From Candidatus Bathyarchaeota archaeon (GTDB lineage: Archaea > Thermoproteota > Bathyarchaeia > Bathyarchaeales > Bathycorpusculaceae): DNA of 64,000 bases. Of this stretch, positions 38,667 to 49,667 are shown piece after piece. How positions within the stretch are numbered: the first letter of the stretch is position 1; each line of letters starts with the position of its first letter. Both the position numbers and the translations under genes were made by a program. The DNA lies in assembly GCA_963827165.1 (NCBI GenBank), contig CAWGZR010000009.1, forward strand, positions 192,001-256,000, written 5' to 3'. The notes beneath the pieces are model-generated. The model did not search any database and was not told the DNA's origin. It worked only from the letters and a program-made list of their open reading frames with translations.

Positions 38667-41342
38667 TTGGAAAAATCTAAAAGTAAATCTATTGCCATTC
38701 TGATTGCAGCCTTTTTAGCAATTTCAATGGGAACAGCGCTATTACTAACACCGAGCGCCTATGCTCATTCGCCTCCTTTGAATATTCCAACATACGCGTA
38801 CGTCAATGCAGCGCCCAACCCTGCAGGAATAGGCCAAACAATTAACGTCGGCTTCTGGCTCGGCTTACCACCACCCACAGCAAACGGCCCATATGGAGAC
38901 AGATGGCACAACCTTACAGTGATCGTAACGAAACCTGACGGAACCAACCAAACACTGGGATCGTTCACTTCGGATGACACAGGAGGAACCCACACTAATT
39001 TCATCCCATCAACCACCGGCAACTACACTTTCCAAATGAGTTTCCCAGGACAAACCCTAGCAGGCAATAACCTGGCACCAGGAACAACTAGCCCTTTTAT
39101 CGGCGACTATTACCAACCCAGCATCAGCGCACCATTTACGTTGACAGTACAACAGAGCGCAGTGCCGTCAAAAGCTCAGGCATCACTTCCTGCAAACTAC
39201 TGGTCGCGTCCAATAGAATCCGTGAACAGTTTGTGGTACACTATCAGCGGAAGTTGGCTCGGGTTTGGACAATCAACTTTTGCAAGCACTGGACAGTACA
39301 ATGCCACCGCAAGTTATAATCCGTATACGACTGCACCTACGACAGCTCATGTCATGTGGACAACTCCTGAAGCCCTAGGAGGCTTAATCGGAGGGGAATT
39401 TAGCACCGCCAGTAGCCCAGCAACCAATTTCTATTCGACTTCGCAATACGAACCTAAATTTGCACCCGTAGTGATAGCTGGTATACTTTATTACACGCAG
39501 TACCCTGGCGCTTCAACTAACCCAGCAGGCATCGTCGCCGTAGATTTACAAACAGGAAAAACGCTTTGGACCGATAATGCAGCCAATCTCGGTGGAGGCT
39601 CGCCACAGCAAACAGCCTTAACAACGTCTGGAGTTGTTACAGTTCTAAGATGCGGTCAAGTGCTCGACTACGTTACTCCAAACCAATACGGCGCACTAGC
39701 ATACCTCTGGACAACTGGAACCCCTGCGGGAATCGTTACAGGTGCAGGAACAACCACATATAACATGTTTGATGCATTGACTGGACAATACATTCTGAGC
39801 GTTGTTAACGGTAGTGCAATGACGATGACTGAAGATCAAGGCGGAGATTTGATAGGCTACTACATCAACTCAACCACTGCAACCGCGCCAAGGCTAGGCG
39901 AATGGAACTCTACCCAGTGCGTGGAACAAGCCTTCTACGGAGCATCCGCTGCCGGTTGGGAATGGAGACCAACGCAAAACGGAATCGCAGCTTTCTCTCT
40001 TGGAGTCATGTGGACATCACCAATACCCACAACGCTTAACGGCGTCGCTTTGCCATCGATACCAGTTTTCGGCTTCGGATACCTTAACGGCGGAGTTGTT
40101 GTGAACAGCGGCGTAATTTGCTTACAGGCTGCTGGGACCTCAGGTGTATCGGACTTCGAAGGCGGCTACGCAATTGAATTGGGATACAGTACAACAACAG
40201 GTCAAATGCTTTGGATCACTAACAGAACTGAGGCGCCATTTGCAAGAGTGGTCGTTGCAGGCGCAGATGGAAACGGAGTCTTCGCTGAAGTCACCTACGA
40301 AACAAACACAGTTGTCGGATACAGTCTATACACTGGCAAACAACTTTGGGTAACTAATCTTCCCGACCCAAATCCCTATGACAGCATCGGCGGCTACCAA
40401 TCCATCGTTGCAAACGGAGTAATTTACATGTGGAGTTTCGGAGGAAACATCTATGCGATTAGTACAACCAATGGGACAATCATTTGGCATACAGATACAA
40501 ACGCACTCTCTGGCTTCTCTGGGTCTGACACGCCTTACGGTGTATGGCCACTTTGGACTTTCACCTGCGGAAGCATCGCCGACGGAATGCTCTTTGTCCC
40601 TGAAGGACACATGTATAGCCCACCGCTTTTCCGTGGAGCAAGCGAACTGGCAGTAAACCTCGCCACCGGAAAGCTTGTATGGAGCATACTTGGCTTTGAC
40701 ACAACCAGCGGACCAGCAATATCAGACGGAATCATGGCGACAATCAACTCATACGACAACCAAATATACGCTTTCGGCATGGGACCAAGCAAAACCACAG
40801 TCAACGCACCTGACGTCGGCGTCACAACTGCCACGCCCGTAACAATAACTGGTACTGTAACGGACATTTCACCTGGCGCTCAACAAAAAGCAGTTGCAGC
40901 AAACTACCCCAACGGGTTGCCATGCGTTTCCGACTCAAGCATGACACCGTTTATGGAAGCCGTTTATATGCAGCAGCCAATGCCAACCAACATAACCGGA
41001 GTACCAGTCACAATAGCGGTCACAGACAAAAACAATAACTGCTACAATATTGGCACTGTGATGACTGATCCGAACGGATTCTATAGCTTAAACTGGATAC
41101 CAATCATTAGTGGGAACTTTACGGTTACAGCAACTTTCGCCGGCACACAGTCATACTATGGGTCTTCAGCTAATTCAGCATTCTATGCTAGCTCGCCCGC
41201 AACGACAATAGCCCCAACCTCAACACCAAATACTGGAGTAGCCACACAAACAACCCTGATGTACGGAATTGTCGCCATAATCATTGTGATAATCATAATC
41301 GGCGCAGTAATCATGTTGATGCTCAGTAGAAAACGGCCATAA
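38667..41342 (+). CDS. Large PQQ-like beta-propeller cell-surface protein (paralog of 5842-8741)
   Basis: TTG start at 38667 after AGGAG; signal peptide; same C-terminal PNGLPCVSD..YMQQP block; TM + RKRP. Confidence 0.9.
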   Translation: MEKSKSKSIAILIAAFLAISMGTALLLTPSAYAHSPPLNIPTYAYVNAAPNPAGIGQTINVGFWLGLPPPTANGPYGDRWHNLTVIVTKPDGTNQTLGSFTSDDTGGTHTNFIPSTTGNYTFQMSFPGQTLAGNNLAPGTTSPFIGDYYQPSISAPFTLTVQQSAVPSKAQASLPANYWSRPIESVNSLWYTISGSWLGFGQSTFASTGQYNATASYNPYTTAPTTAHVMWTTPEALGGLIGGEFSTASSPATNFYSTSQYEPKFAPVVIAGILYYTQYPGASTNPAGIVAVDLQTGKTLWTDNAANLGGGSPQQTALTTSGVVTVLRCGQVLDYVTPNQYGALAYLWTTGTPAGIVTGAGTTTYNMFDALTGQYILSVVNGSAMTMTEDQGGDLIGYYINSTTATAPRLGEWNSTQCVEQAFYGASAAGWEWRPTQNGIAAFSLGVMWTSPIPTTLNGVALPSIPVFGFGYLNGGVVVNSGVICLQAAGTSGVSDFEGGYAIELGYSTTTGQMLWITNRTEAPFARVVVAGADGNGVFAEVTYETNTVVGYSLYTGKQLWVTNLPDPNPYDSIGGYQSIVANGVIYMWSFGGNIYAISTTNGTIIWHTDTNALSGFSGSDTPYGVWPLWTFTCGSIADGMLFVPEGHMYSPPLFRGASELAVNLATGKLVWSILGFDTTSGPAISDGIMATINSYDNQIYAFGMGPSKTTVNAPDVGVTTATPVTITGTVTDISPGAQQKAVAANYPNGLPCVSDSSMTPFMEAVYMQQPMPTNITGVPVTIAVTDKNNNCYNIGTVMTDPNGFYSLNWIPIISGNFTVTATFAGTQSYYGSSANSAFYASSPATTIAPTSTPNTGVATQTTLMYGIVAIIIVIIIIGAVIMLMLSRKRP

Positions 41343-41594
41343 AGGAGAAGGCAAAAAATCCACTTCTTTTTTTTCTTTAATCTTTTTCGGCGTCCCCCGA
41401 AATCGTTGATATTTTGGATTAAATATTTGAAGCCCAAATTTAAGGCGGCCAGCAATTTTCTCTTTCCGAAAATATTCCCCTGCAACATAAGAACAAAGAA
41501 TTTTTTTGGTTTGCTTCCGAGTTAAGGAAAAAAGAGTTCCTTTCCTTCAGAAATATTTTAATTAAGAACACACTAAGTATGAGTGGAGACTAAA

Positions 41595-41828
41595 ATGCCA
41601 AAGGCCTTTGTGTTGATAAATGTGGAATCGGGCTCAGAAGAGGAAGTTCTTCAGCAAATCAAAAAAAGCGAAGGGGTAGAAGAAGCGTATTATTCGTATG
41701 GGGTATACGACATCATAGCCAAAATAAAAGCTGACACTATGGAGAAACTTCGGGAAGCGGTGTCGCAGAAAATGAGAACTATAAACAAAGTCAGGTCGAC
41801 GTTAACGCTGATAATGATGGAAGAATAA
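41595..41828 (+). CDS. Stand-alone Lrp/AsnC ligand-binding (RAM) domain
   Basis: AFVLIN...GVEEA...YGVYDII...VRSTLT; no HTH. Confidence 0.9.
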   Translation: MPKAFVLINVESGSEEEVLQQIKKSEGVEEAYYSYGVYDIIAKIKADTMEKLREAVSQKMRTINKVRSTLTLIMMEE

Positions 41829-42025
41829 GAAACATTTTGGCTCCAAGTTTTTTTCTTCAGATGAGACAAAACTTTCTGTCTAATTCATCAAAGTAATTTG
41901 TAAAGCCCAGTTCAGATTTGACCATTAATCCTTCTTTGCTGGTCAAGCAAGGCGGTGCCGAGTTTCTTTGCATATTGCTTAAAAGGTTAGCTACCGAAAG
42001 GTAAGGGAAGGCTTGCAAATTCAAC

Positions 42026-43054
42026 ATGGAAAAGGCTAAGAGACCACTTGAGCAAAAGGTAATTCTTGCAGTTCTGGTTTTGGGCTTAATAGCCTTCGTA
42101 CTCTACTTCGTTCTGTATATTAACCCTGAACAAGTTGCCAAGATTCTGTCAAAAACAAACTTGGTTTATTATGCCTGGGCATTCGTCGCTTACACAACCT
42201 ACGCCCTCTTCTCTTCACTGGTATGGCGAAGTCTGCTTAGCAGCCTATCCGTGAAAATTACCACACGAAAAGCTCTGCTCTTCACATGGGTCGGCTTATT
42301 TTTCGACGCCACTCTTCCGCAGCTCGGATGGTCAGCTGAAATCTCGAAAACTTACCTGCTAACCAAAGACTCAAGCCTCAGCGCAGGAAAAATCGGCGCC
42401 TCAGTCGTCAGTCAAAAAATCTTCAACATGGCAATAACAGTTGTCGCGATGTCTCTTGGTTTAGGCCTAGTGCTTGTTGGGTACCCTTTGCCTTTTCTAG
42501 TTACTTTTCTGATTTCCTTCGTCTTGGGTCTATTAATTTTGACTTTAGGCGTAGTATATTTCATTAGCGTTAAGCCGGCGGCCACCAAAACCCTGTTAAA
42601 CTGGGCGGTACGTGTGATTTCGTTTTTCCGAAAAACTTGGAACCCCCAAGGTTTCAGACAAAAAGCGGAGGGACTTCTCGATACGTTCCATGTTGGGATG
42701 CAGCATTTGAGGCAAAACTCGAAAACGTTGGTTAAACCCATTGTTTATTCGGTCATGAGCTTTGTTTTTGAAATCTCTGTTACTTTCATCACTTTTGTGG
42801 CTTTGGGTTACCCAGTACCCGTAGACAAAGTGCTCATTGTATTCACTTTGACGGGCACGCTGCAAACAATCGGTGTTACCTTCTTTGGCTTTCCTGAATT
42901 AATAATGAGCATCTCGTTCACTGCGCTGGGGATCCCTGCGGCTCTGAGCGTTTCAGTTACGCTGCTAACGAGGGTTGTGAGCTTGTGGTTCCGACTTGTC
43001 GTCTCTTATTCCGCGTTGCAGTGGGCGGGAATAAAAATTATGTTTAACAAGTAA
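42026..43054 (+). CDS. UPF0104 / lysylphosphatidylglycerol-synthase-TM (flippase-like) membrane protein
   Basis: Polytopic; W..LL, GLFFDATLP, LLTRVVSLWF. Confidence 0.8.
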   Translation: MEKAKRPLEQKVILAVLVLGLIAFVLYFVLYINPEQVAKILSKTNLVYYAWAFVAYTTYALFSSLVWRSLLSSLSVKITTRKALLFTWVGLFFDATLPQLGWSAEISKTYLLTKDSSLSAGKIGASVVSQKIFNMAITVVAMSLGLGLVLVGYPLPFLVTFLISFVLGLLILTLGVVYFISVKPAATKTLLNWAVRVISFFRKTWNPQGFRQKAEGLLDTFHVGMQHLRQNSKTLVKPIVYSVMSFVFEISVTFITFVALGYPVPVDKVLIVFTLTGTLQTIGVTFFGFPELIMSISFTALGIPAALSVSVTLLTRVVSLWFRLVVSYSALQWAGIKIMFNK

Positions 43055-43150
43055 ACGTTTTTTTTTGGTGGTTAGCGAATGTTGCCTTGGCTGTCGGCTA
43101 GGAAACTTTTTAATGCAGCCTAAACTAATCAGTTATTAGGACAGATTGAT

Positions 43151-43387
43151 ATGCCAACAGCCTTTGTACTGATAAACACTGAAATTGGTTCAGAATCAGA
43201 CGTTTTGAAAGAATTAAAGAAAGTCGAAGGGGTAGAGGAAGCATCAGCCGTTTACGGAGTCTATGACATCGTTGCAAGAGTCAAAGCGGATACGATGGAC
43301 AGGCTGAAAGAACTGGTGACATGGCGCATCCGCCGCCTAGACAAGGTACGCTCAACATTGACAATGATTGTTGTCGAAGAAAAGTAA
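43151..43387 (+). CDS. Stand-alone Lrp/AsnC RAM domain
   Basis: MPTAFVLIN..YGVYDIV..VRSTLT. Confidence 0.9.
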   Translation: MPTAFVLINTEIGSESDVLKELKKVEGVEEASAVYGVYDIVARVKADTMDRLKELVTWRIRRLDKVRSTLTMIVVEEK

Positions 43388-43488
43388 GCTTTTTTGACTC
43401 CTTTTCTTTCAAGTAAAAATAGGAAGTTTTTTTGTTATTTTTAGCATGCAAATAGGGTTAAACCTTAATGCAGATTCTGAGTGATTTG

Positions 43489-43593
43489 ATGAAAATAAAA
43501 GGAGAGTTCAAATGTCCTTGGTGTGGAAACGGTTTTCAAAACGGGAAAGACTTAGACACTCATGCAAGGGGACACTACCCAAACCCAATTTAG
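43489..43593 (+). CDS. C2H2 zinc-finger microprotein (34 aa; 41 aa if started at 43468)
   Basis: MKIKGEFKCPWCGNGFQNGKDLDTHARGHYPNPI: exact C-x2-C-x12-H-x3-H with conserved F and L. Confidence 0.65.
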   Translation: MKIKGEFKCPWCGNGFQNGKDLDTHARGHYPNPI

Positions 43594-43943
43594 CCTCAGA
43601 ATACAAGTGTGGGGCTCGTTAAGACTTGCTCCTGTCGTGGCCAAGTTGTGATTGAGTAAATACAGTCACATAATTTTAAATTTTTTACAATTGATTAAAC
43701 ACTCTGTGCATCAGAAAACAGTAAGCGAGAGAATGAATATGCTGAAAATCGACAACAATTCAGAGAGCAACCACGACCTGAAGACGAAAAATCTCATTTT
43801 TGGCGGATGCACTGAACTTTTTATCGGTTTGGCGGAAGAGATCTGGGTTAAAACCATCGTTTTTGTCGTTCCCATTGATGGTGGAGTAGCAACCAATCTC
43901 TGAAACCAACCATTTTAAAAATCTATGGAGTTTGTAAGAAAAA

Positions 43944-44243
43944 ATGCCAACAGCTTACGTACTTTTGAACACCGAAATTGGCGCGGAAAGCCAAGTTTTA
44001 AAGGATCTGAAAAAAATTGAAGGCGTTGAGGAAGCGCATAATCTCTGGGGAGTATACGACATAATCGCGAATATCAAGGCAGAGAGCATGGAAATGCTGC
44101 GGTACATAATATCCAAAAAAATCGGCCAAATCGGAAGAATCAACTCTAAGCTAACTATGATAATAACGGATAAACCCCAATTGTCACACGAGCAACAAGT
44201 GTTTTTTGAGCAGAACCCCGTGGAAACCGCTTTCATCCTTTGA
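43944..44243 (+). CDS. Stand-alone Lrp/AsnC RAM domain with C-terminal extension
   Basis: MPTAYVLLN..WGVYDII. Confidence 0.88.
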   Translation: MPTAYVLLNTEIGAESQVLKDLKKIEGVEEAHNLWGVYDIIANIKAESMEMLRYIISKKIGQIGRINSKLTMIITDKPQLSHEQQVFFEQNPVETAFIL

Positions 44244-44326
44244 TCGTTCCAACCCAATTTTTCGGGTTAAGCAACATTTTTTTAACCTTACAGTTTATTC
44301 TCTACTTGAGCTTGGAGAATCGCTGC

Positions 44327-45670
44327 TTGACTACGGAACAGGTAATGCACGTTGGGTTGGACGACACAGACTCAACCAAAGGTGGGTGCACCACTTATCT
44401 CGCAGCGCTACTCGTTGAAAAACTCATCCATTTTCGAGTTGAATTCATCGATTACCCTCTCTTAATCAGGCTTAACCCGAACGTTCCGTGGAAAACACGA
44501 GGCAACGGCGCCCTATGCTTAAGGTTCAATCATCCAGCCGCTTTGGAGCAAGAAATAAAAGAAACCGCTTTGGAGCTGTGGGAAAAAAACAGCGCCATCA
44601 AAGAAAAGGGTACAGATCCGGGCATAGTGTTTTTCAGTGGCAAAGAAATCCCTTTGGAGTTAACGGCTTTTTCAAAAAGGGCCGAAACGAGCATTGTCAC
44701 GCTTAAGGAAGCGTTGGCGCTTACCAAAGAGCTTGGCGGGGAAGCATGCGGGTTCAACTCTTGTCGAGGGATCATCGGCGCTTTAGCGGCAATCGGCGAA
44801 ACCCTGAGCTGCGACCACACTTACGAGTTGATCGCTTACAGAACTCCGCAGAAGTGGGGAACAAAGCGGCAGGTCGACCCGGCGTCAATTTTTGAAATGG
44901 ACAAGAAACTGGCACCCTGCACCTTTAACAACGTGGACGAAGAAAAACGCAGAGTCATCATTACTCCGCGTGGTCCAGACCCGATTCTCTTCGGCATCAG
45001 AGGCGAAACACCCGAAGTAGTGAAGGAAGCCTACGGGTTGGTTAAACCGCTTGAACCCGTTGAACGATGGGTTATCTTCCGCTCGAACCAAGGCACTGAC
45101 GCACACATGATCCGCACCCCGACGCTTGGCAGCATCAAACCATACAGCTCCATAATCACCAGAGGAAACGTATCCCAGAACCCGCGCATCGTTCCTCTTC
45201 GCCACGTTATTTTTTCAATACGAGACGATATGGCAGAGGTGGATTGCGCTGCTTACGAGCCAACAGGCGACCTCAGAAAAATTGCTCGAGGACTGATAGC
45301 TGGCGACTGCGTTGAAGTCTACGGTGCTGCGCATAAAGCGACGAAGAACAAGCCATTGACAATCAACCTTGAAAAAATCCGCATCCTCAGCCTTGCATCA
45401 AAGACGCGATCGGAGAATCCAGTTTGCCCAGATTGCGAGAAACATTTAAAGTCGATGGGGAAGAATCAAGGGCTCCGCTGTGAAAAATGCGGCAAGAAAT
45501 TTGCGGGTTTGAAGAAGAAGGAACTGGTGGTTCCCAGGGCGCTTGAGGTTGGGTTGTATGTGACTTCGACAAGGTCTCAGAGGCATCTTACTAAACCGCT
45601 TCGGCGCTACGGGCAGGAAAAGGATGGCACTGAGAAGGTTCGTCTGATCGGAGAGTGGCACTATCCCTGA
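44327..45670 (+). CDS. tiaS: tRNA(Ile2) agmatinylcytidine synthetase
   Basis: GLDDTDS..GGCTTY, RLNPNVPWKTRGN, NQGTDAH, Zn ribbon, RHLTKP. Confidence 0.96.
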   Translation: MTTEQVMHVGLDDTDSTKGGCTTYLAALLVEKLIHFRVEFIDYPLLIRLNPNVPWKTRGNGALCLRFNHPAALEQEIKETALELWEKNSAIKEKGTDPGIVFFSGKEIPLELTAFSKRAETSIVTLKEALALTKELGGEACGFNSCRGIIGALAAIGETLSCDHTYELIAYRTPQKWGTKRQVDPASIFEMDKKLAPCTFNNVDEEKRRVIITPRGPDPILFGIRGETPEVVKEAYGLVKPLEPVERWVIFRSNQGTDAHMIRTPTLGSIKPYSSIITRGNVSQNPRIVPLRHVIFSIRDDMAEVDCAAYEPTGDLRKIARGLIAGDCVEVYGAAHKATKNKPLTINLEKIRILSLASKTRSENPVCPDCEKHLKSMGKNQGLRCEKCGKKFAGLKKKELVVPRALEVGLYVTSTRSQRHLTKPLRRYGQEKDGTEKVRLIGEWHYP

Positions 45671-45730
45671 AGGGTATTGTTTTAAAGATCGCAATAAACA
45701 CGCAATTCTGACTGAAACGCGTTGGCAAGA

Positions 45731-45840
45731 AGATTAGGGGGCTCTCGGATGAGGGAATCATCATTTTTCTTCGGGGCATTGGAGATCATACTTGCCGGCT
45801 CAGCGCGCCAACCCCGCATTTCGATGTTCCGCACTAATCT
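45731..45840. ncRNA. Candidate structured RNA (110-nt irregular hairpin) between tiaS and alaS
   Basis: Nested stems AGATTAG/CTAATCT, GGAA/TTCC, CATC/GATG, CGGGG/CCCCG, TTGG/CCAA. Confidence 0.35.
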
Positions 45841-46062
45841 CGAAGACAACAAAGAGAAAAGTTTAGGAATAGCAATTTGCTCCCCGGGGTCTTTACAATG
45901 TTGACGCGTAAACGGTCGAGATAAGGCAACATGATGTTTCTTCTAAAATATCCTTTTTTCTTCAGCCATGAACCAGAAGCTTTCTTTGAAATCATTTAAA
46001 TCAGTGAAATCCATAAACCCTCTCCAACAACAAACAATGTTACGGAAAAAAGGCGAAGGTCT

Positions 46063-48870
46063 ATGGTTGAGAAAACGTTTCCCGCAGAAGCATACCAACT
46101 CCCATTCTTCAGACAGGAAGGATTCGTGAGAAAACACTGCCCAAAATGCGGCGAATGGTACTGGACACAGAACGAAGCACAGGAAACCTGTGGCGAATCC
46201 AGCTCTGACGAATGCGGATTCTACACATTCATCAATAACCCAGCTACAAAAAAAAGCTTCACGCTGCCTGAGATGCGAGAAGCATTCCTAAGCTTCTTCG
46301 AAAAAAACGGTCACACACGCATCAAGCCATACCCCGTTGTCGCCCGCTGGCGCAAAGACATCTACCTAACCCACGCGAGCATCATTGACTTTCAACCATA
46401 CGTAACCGAAGGCATCGCGCCTCCACCAGCTAACCCACTGGTGATTTCCCAACCATCAATCAGATTAACAGACATTTCAAACACGGGTCCAACGTTTGGA
46501 AGGCACCTCACCATTTTCGAGATGGGCGGCGCCCACGCTTTCAACTATCCAAACAAAGAAGTGTACTGGAAAAACGAAACCGTCCAGTTCCACCACCGCT
46601 TCGCCACCGAGGCATTGGGCATAAAATCCGAGGAAGTAATCTATAAGGAAGGCGTCTGGGTCGGCGGAGGCAACGCGGGTCCAGACGTGGAATGCATAGT
46701 CAGAGGATTAGAAGTTGGCACTTTGGTTTTCATGCAGTACAAAGTTGTCGGCGACGAATTTGTCGAGTTGCCAATCCGCACAGTGGATACGGGATATGGT
46801 ATTGACCGTTTCGCATGGATAAGTCAAGGGGTTCCAAGCGCCTTCCAAGCTATTTACGGCAAAATGCTCGACAAAATCTACGCCCTGGCAGGACTAACCA
46901 ACGTCGACGACGACTTTTTAGCCAAAGTAGGCAAGTATTCGGGACTCGTCAGCGTAGACAAAACCGCGAACAGGATGGTTACACGCAGGCGAGTAGCCGA
47001 ACTCTCAGGCATCGACCTCAATACCTTAGAGACAGTTCTTGTACCCATCGAGAACGCTTGGGCAATAACAGACCACACTAAAACCCTTTGCTTTATGCTA
47101 AGCGAAGGTGTCGTCCCATCAAACATCCAAGAAGGCTATCTGGCAAGGCTGCTGTTCCGTCGCGTCTATCGTCTGTTGCGAACCTTAAACATGGCGCCAG
47201 ATAGACTCTACGACATCTTGGATATGCAGGTTGATTTATGGGCGAAAGATTTCCCGCAAATCAAAGAAATGCAGAAAGAAATCGTCGAAATGCTCAAGGT
47301 TGAAGAGGAAAAATTCGAGGAAACCCTGCTGCGGGGCGAGGGCATGGTTAAACGCATAAGTGCCGACCTGAAAGCAAAAGGCACATCTGAAATCCCCAAC
47401 AGCACACTAACGGAGCTTTATGATTCACATGGGCTACCGCCTGAAATCGTCAAACAAGCAGCGGAAAAAGAAGGCGTACAAGTCGAGGTACCTGAAAACT
47501 TCTACACTCTAATCGCTAACCGCCATATGCAAGCATCCAAACCGATGGAGGAAGAAGAGGCTCAAACGGAGAAAGTTCTGCAGAAAACAGCCGAACGGTT
47601 ACCGGCGACCGAACCGCTATATTACGCGGACACTTACATGCGTGAATTCGACGCCAAAGTCATCAAAATAATCAACGGCGACAACATCGTACTAGAGCAG
47701 ACCTGCTTCTACCCGGAAGGCGGAGGCCAACCCGCAGACCACGGGTGGATAACTGAAGGCAACACGAAATACGACTTGGTTGATACCCAGAAAATCGGCA
47801 AAGTCATCGTGCACAAACTCGGTGCGGCGGCAACGTTCCAAGAAGGAAGCATCGTGCACGGGATCCTCGACTGGGACAGGCGTTATTCATTGATGAAGGC
47901 GCACACAGTAACGCATCTCATTAACGGCGCGGCGCGAAGGGTTCTTGGGGAACACGTTTGGCAATCCGGAACCCAGAAAGGCTTAGAAACTTCACGTCTC
48001 GACATCACCCACTACCGAAGACTAACACCTGACGAAATACAAAAAATCGAGCAACTGGCAAACCAAGCGATAGCCGCCGACATGAAAGTAACTACAACAT
48101 GGTTCCCAAGAAATGAGGCAGAAACACGTTACGGATTTAGGCTCTATCAAGGGGGCGCCGTCCCAGGCAAGGACATACGGGTCGTCAAGACAGGCGATTG
48201 GGATGTGGAAGCCTGCGCTGGAACCCACCTGCGAAGTACACTAGAAGTTGCGTATGTAAAGATCGTTTACACCGAACGCGTGCAGGACGGGGTTGAACGT
48301 TTAGGATATGCCGTCGGATTTGAAGCAGTAAAAGCCGTGCAGAAACAAGAAACCCAGCTCTGGAAAGTTTCAGAGTTACTTTCAGCTCCTGTCGACAAAC
48401 TGGACAAAACGGCTGAAAAACTCGTCAAAGAACTCAAAGAAGCCAACCTTGAGAAACGCAAATTAATCAAAGAACTCGCTGCAAAAGAAAGCGAGGTTGG
48501 GCAGGCTCAATCGGCTGAAGCAACAACAGAAGTAAATGGGGTCACTATTGTCAAGCGAAACTTCGGAGACGTCATCGACGTTGACCGCATGGTGCAAACC
48601 GCTACAGAAATAATAAAACGCAACACGGCAGCCATCACGCTCTTTTACGGTTCAGACGGGAAAACATGCAGGCTCATGGTCATGGCGGGCAACACAGCAG
48701 TTCAGAAAGGCATCAACGCAGGCAACGTCGTGAAGGAATCAGCTCCGATTTTCGGCGGTGGAGGCGGCGGCAAACCAAACTTCGCCCAAGGCGGCGGAAC
48801 AAAAACAGACAGGTTGGTAGACGCACTAAAAGCAGCCGAAGAAACCATAATAAAACAACTCAGCCAATAA
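46063..48870 (+). CDS. alaS: Alanine--tRNA ligase (archaeal type)
   Basis: HLTIFEMGG, DTGYG, DHTK, FYPEGGGQ, HTVTH, CAGTH, GGGGG. Confidence 0.98.
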   Translation: MVEKTFPAEAYQLPFFRQEGFVRKHCPKCGEWYWTQNEAQETCGESSSDECGFYTFINNPATKKSFTLPEMREAFLSFFEKNGHTRIKPYPVVARWRKDIYLTHASIIDFQPYVTEGIAPPPANPLVISQPSIRLTDISNTGPTFGRHLTIFEMGGAHAFNYPNKEVYWKNETVQFHHRFATEALGIKSEEVIYKEGVWVGGGNAGPDVECIVRGLEVGTLVFMQYKVVGDEFVELPIRTVDTGYGIDRFAWISQGVPSAFQAIYGKMLDKIYALAGLTNVDDDFLAKVGKYSGLVSVDKTANRMVTRRRVAELSGIDLNTLETVLVPIENAWAITDHTKTLCFMLSEGVVPSNIQEGYLARLLFRRVYRLLRTLNMAPDRLYDILDMQVDLWAKDFPQIKEMQKEIVEMLKVEEEKFEETLLRGEGMVKRISADLKAKGTSEIPNSTLTELYDSHGLPPEIVKQAAEKEGVQVEVPENFYTLIANRHMQASKPMEEEEAQTEKVLQKTAERLPATEPLYYADTYMREFDAKVIKIINGDNIVLEQTCFYPEGGGQPADHGWITEGNTKYDLVDTQKIGKVIVHKLGAAATFQEGSIVHGILDWDRRYSLMKAHTVTHLINGAARRVLGEHVWQSGTQKGLETSRLDITHYRRLTPDEIQKIEQLANQAIAADMKVTTTWFPRNEAETRYGFRLYQGGAVPGKDIRVVKTGDWDVEACAGTHLRSTLEVAYVKIVYTERVQDGVERLGYAVGFEAVKAVQKQETQLWKVSELLSAPVDKLDKTAEKLVKELKEANLEKRKLIKELAAKESEVGQAQSAEATTEVNGVTIVKRNFGDVIDVDRMVQTATEIIKRNTAAITLFYGSDGKTCRLMVMAGNTAVQKGINAGNVVKESAPIFGGGGGGKPNFAQGGGTKTDRLVDALKAAEETIIKQLSQ

Positions 48871-49204
48871 CAACCTCTTTTTTCACAATGTTGTTGTATG
48901 GCTACAATCACATCAATATTTATGAGTCAACAGGGCTTATGTATGAAATAACGAAAGAGATCAACTTAAAGGCAGGCGGATTGATTCTCCCCTCTCTCTT
49001 CCTGAATTTTTACGCTTGCCTTTAGGTTATCTCTCTTCCTTTTAACCCGCATAATTTTCTATATTTTAATCGCGTAAAAATATGATGGCATCATATCGCT
49101 CGGTTGCTTCCATTGGTTTGTCTATTTTTTTCCGGGTTTTCAGCCCGTTTCATATTTTTTCGCAAAACTTGAACCGAAACAGGCGCCCACTGATTTTGAG
49201 ATAA

Positions 49205-49496
49205 ATGAACAATAAACTGGGTTGCTATAGTTGTTGTGGTTATCGTGGCGGTATCGGTCAACTTGGCGTATGCGCAGAAAAACGGCTATTTTCTGAACAT
49301 AACTAATTCAAACCCTAACGTTAACACCGCCATAAACAATAGCCCGGTGGTCGAGAATGTCACATCAACCACTGGCACCTTGAACCTGCAAATCAACGCC
49401 GACAATATTAGTTCGGTAACGATCAGCGGCATAAGCCAGCTGTCCCAGGACCTGAGTACCTGCCTTACATCAGTCATAATCAACTTTTACTTATGA
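49205..49496 (+). CDS. Small secreted hypothetical protein, apparent frameshift in signal peptide
   Basis: MNNKL (49205), then shifted VAIVVVVIVAVSVNLAYAQ. Confidence 0.4.
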
Positions 49497-49667
49497 GAAT
49501 GGAGTCGCCAACTGTAATAGGGAAATTTCGGCAATAGACTAAAGACGCAGAATTTGGTTTGTCCATGTATTTTTGCTTTGTTGGCAGCATAATCCTTAAA
49601 AGGAAGTCTATACACACATGTGCTCTAGGTGAAGCGGTGCAAATGAGCACACCAGCAGGTGAATAAT

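Noticed and set aside
45700-45940. RNase P or SRP RNA
   Set aside because: Only partial look-alikes (GGGGGCTCTCGG..GAGG; GGGAGCAA). The conserved RNase P P4 strands and SRP helix 8 (CAGG..GGAA..AGCA) are absent.
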